Assembly: GCF_001598795.1 (NCBI RefSeq) | Contig: NZ_BCZP01000009.1 | Coordinates: 180,001-212,000 of the forward strand | Direction: 5' to 3' | DNA: 32,000 nucleotides | From: Delftia acidovorans NBRC 14950 | GTDB lineage: Bacteria > Pseudomonadota > Gammaproteobacteria > Burkholderiales > Burkholderiaceae_C | In this document: piece after piece, positions 31,250-32,000 of the stretch | Numbering within the stretch: position 1 is the stretch's first letter | Layout of the letters: each line of letters starts with the position of its first letter | Position numbers and translations under genes: made by a program | The notes under the pieces: model-generated | What the model saw: only the letters and a program-made list of their open reading frames with translations | What the model was told of the DNA's origin: nothing | Database searches by the model: none

Positions 31250-31785
31250 ACACAAAAACCCATGGCCGCGGGCATGGGGAATCGACTTGCTCGCTGCACT
31301 ATCAATGTGCAGAAAATTTCTGATAAAAATGGATTGCCGTGGATATGCGCAGGATTACCGCGCGTGGGTTCCTGTGTCTATTGATCAGGCACATTGAATG
31401 CCTGGTGCCGGGGCCTGCGAACCGTTGTGGTGCGTTTGGCCCGTACTGCGGCGAGTGGCGGAGCATACACGAACATCGGACGTTGTCGAGAATATTTTTG
31501 CCGGTCCAATTATTAAAACGCAATTCGTTTCTTTAATAAATTCCACTGCCAACTTGTGTACAAGAAAGAGTACTAAATGCGTGAATGGACCATTGCCCAT
31601 TGCCGGCGTGCAAACCAGTCAGAGAGATTGCAGCAGCAATCGGCGTATACCCTGTCACCGCCCGCAAATCTGCCCGGTGCCGCAGGCATGGCTTCGCTCT
31701 TTTCCACCGCCTTGAGCCGGGTCTTGGCTGGCCTTGGCTGTCGCCAACGGCAGGGGCGGTGTTCTCCAACCGGCATGGCAGTCGC

Positions 31786-32000
31786 ATGAGCATCGCGGTT
31801 GCCTCCCCGCCCGTGTGCGAGACGCGCCAGGGGCCTGCAAGCAGCGCGCACTCGCTGGCCGCGCAGATCTACGCTTGCCTGAAGAACGACATCTTCGACT
31901 TCCGCCTGCTGCCCGGCGACCGCTTCAGCGAGGGCGAAATCGCCACGCGCATGCAGGTCAGCCGCACGCCTGTGCGCCAGGCGCTGTTCTGGTTGCAGCG
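31786..32000 (+). CDS. Partial CDS (5' end, runs off the right edge): GntR-family transcriptional regulator
   Basis: Open-ended, so absent from the ORF track. My translation from the ATG at 31786 reads MSIAVASPPVCETRQGPASSAHSLAAQIYACLKNDIFDFRLLPGDRFSEGEIATRMQVSRTPVRQALFWLQ. The segment L.PG.R.SE.EIA..M.VSRTPVR.AL is the GntR winged-HTH signature. The start is uncertain, because in-frame alternatives exist (GTG at 31759, ATG at 31585). Confidence 0.65.
   Translation, partial: MSIAVASPPVCETRQGPASSAHSLAAQIYACLKNDIFDFRLLPGDRFSEGEIATRMQVSRTPVRQALFWLQ

Noticed and set aside
31302-31851. Cluster of 60-105 aa ORFs on both strands after hcp. This includes 31577..31789 (+), whose stop overlaps the GntR ATG (ATGA) and which has an AAGAAAGAG stretch upstream.
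   Set aside because: They overlap one another, lack the strong G/C third-position bias of real genes here, and have no motifs. The 31577 ORF could be a leader peptide or uORF for the GntR gene, but I cannot support that from sequence alone.
1-32000. Search for tRNA, rRNA, CRISPR arrays, prophage or IS elements, and vgrG/PAAR/adaptor (DUF4123, DUF1795, DUF2169) genes
   Set aside because: None were seen. No ORF has Rhs/YD, PAAR, gp27/gp5-like or recombinase signatures. No cloverleaf-like or regularly spaced repeat structures were noticed by eye. Absence cannot be proven without running tRNAscan, Infernal or HMM searches.

Overview
High-GC segment, possibly from a Burkholderiales or Comamonadaceae-like organism (a guess from composition and protein look, not verifiable here). 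It is almost entirely one type VI secretion system (T6SS) locus. Positions 1-29873 form one long minus-strand gene array. In transcription order it reads: ppkA, a PEGA-domain exported protein, a paralogous lipoprotein, fha/tagH, pppA, tssJ, tssK, tssL (OmpA-fused), tssM, tagF, tssA, a small exported ORF, tssB, tssC, [Tae-like amidase + immunity], tagJ, [GH19-like muramidase + immunity], tssE, tssF, tssG, [uncharacterised SleB-like effector candidate + two immunity paralogs], clpV, and a partial exported ORF. hcp sits alone on the plus strand (30489-30971), across a ~615 bp AT-richer divergent control region. It is followed by terminator hairpins, a ~700 bp AT-rich stretch without convincing genes, and the 5' end of a GntR-type regulator. 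I saw no rRNA, tRNA, CRISPR array, transposase or integrase, and no vgrG or PAAR gene in the window. The most interesting points are these. Three effector-immunity cassettes are spliced between core genes of an otherwise H1-like synteny, and one of them appears to be an undescribed family. The kinase/phosphatase/FHA switch has a non-canonical PEGA-domain envelope module. Two facing sigma54-like promoter elements lie in the hcp/ppkA intergenic region. All long plus-strand ORFs opposite the cluster are high-GC antisense artefacts. All family assignments rest on motifs read by eye, since no searches could be run.
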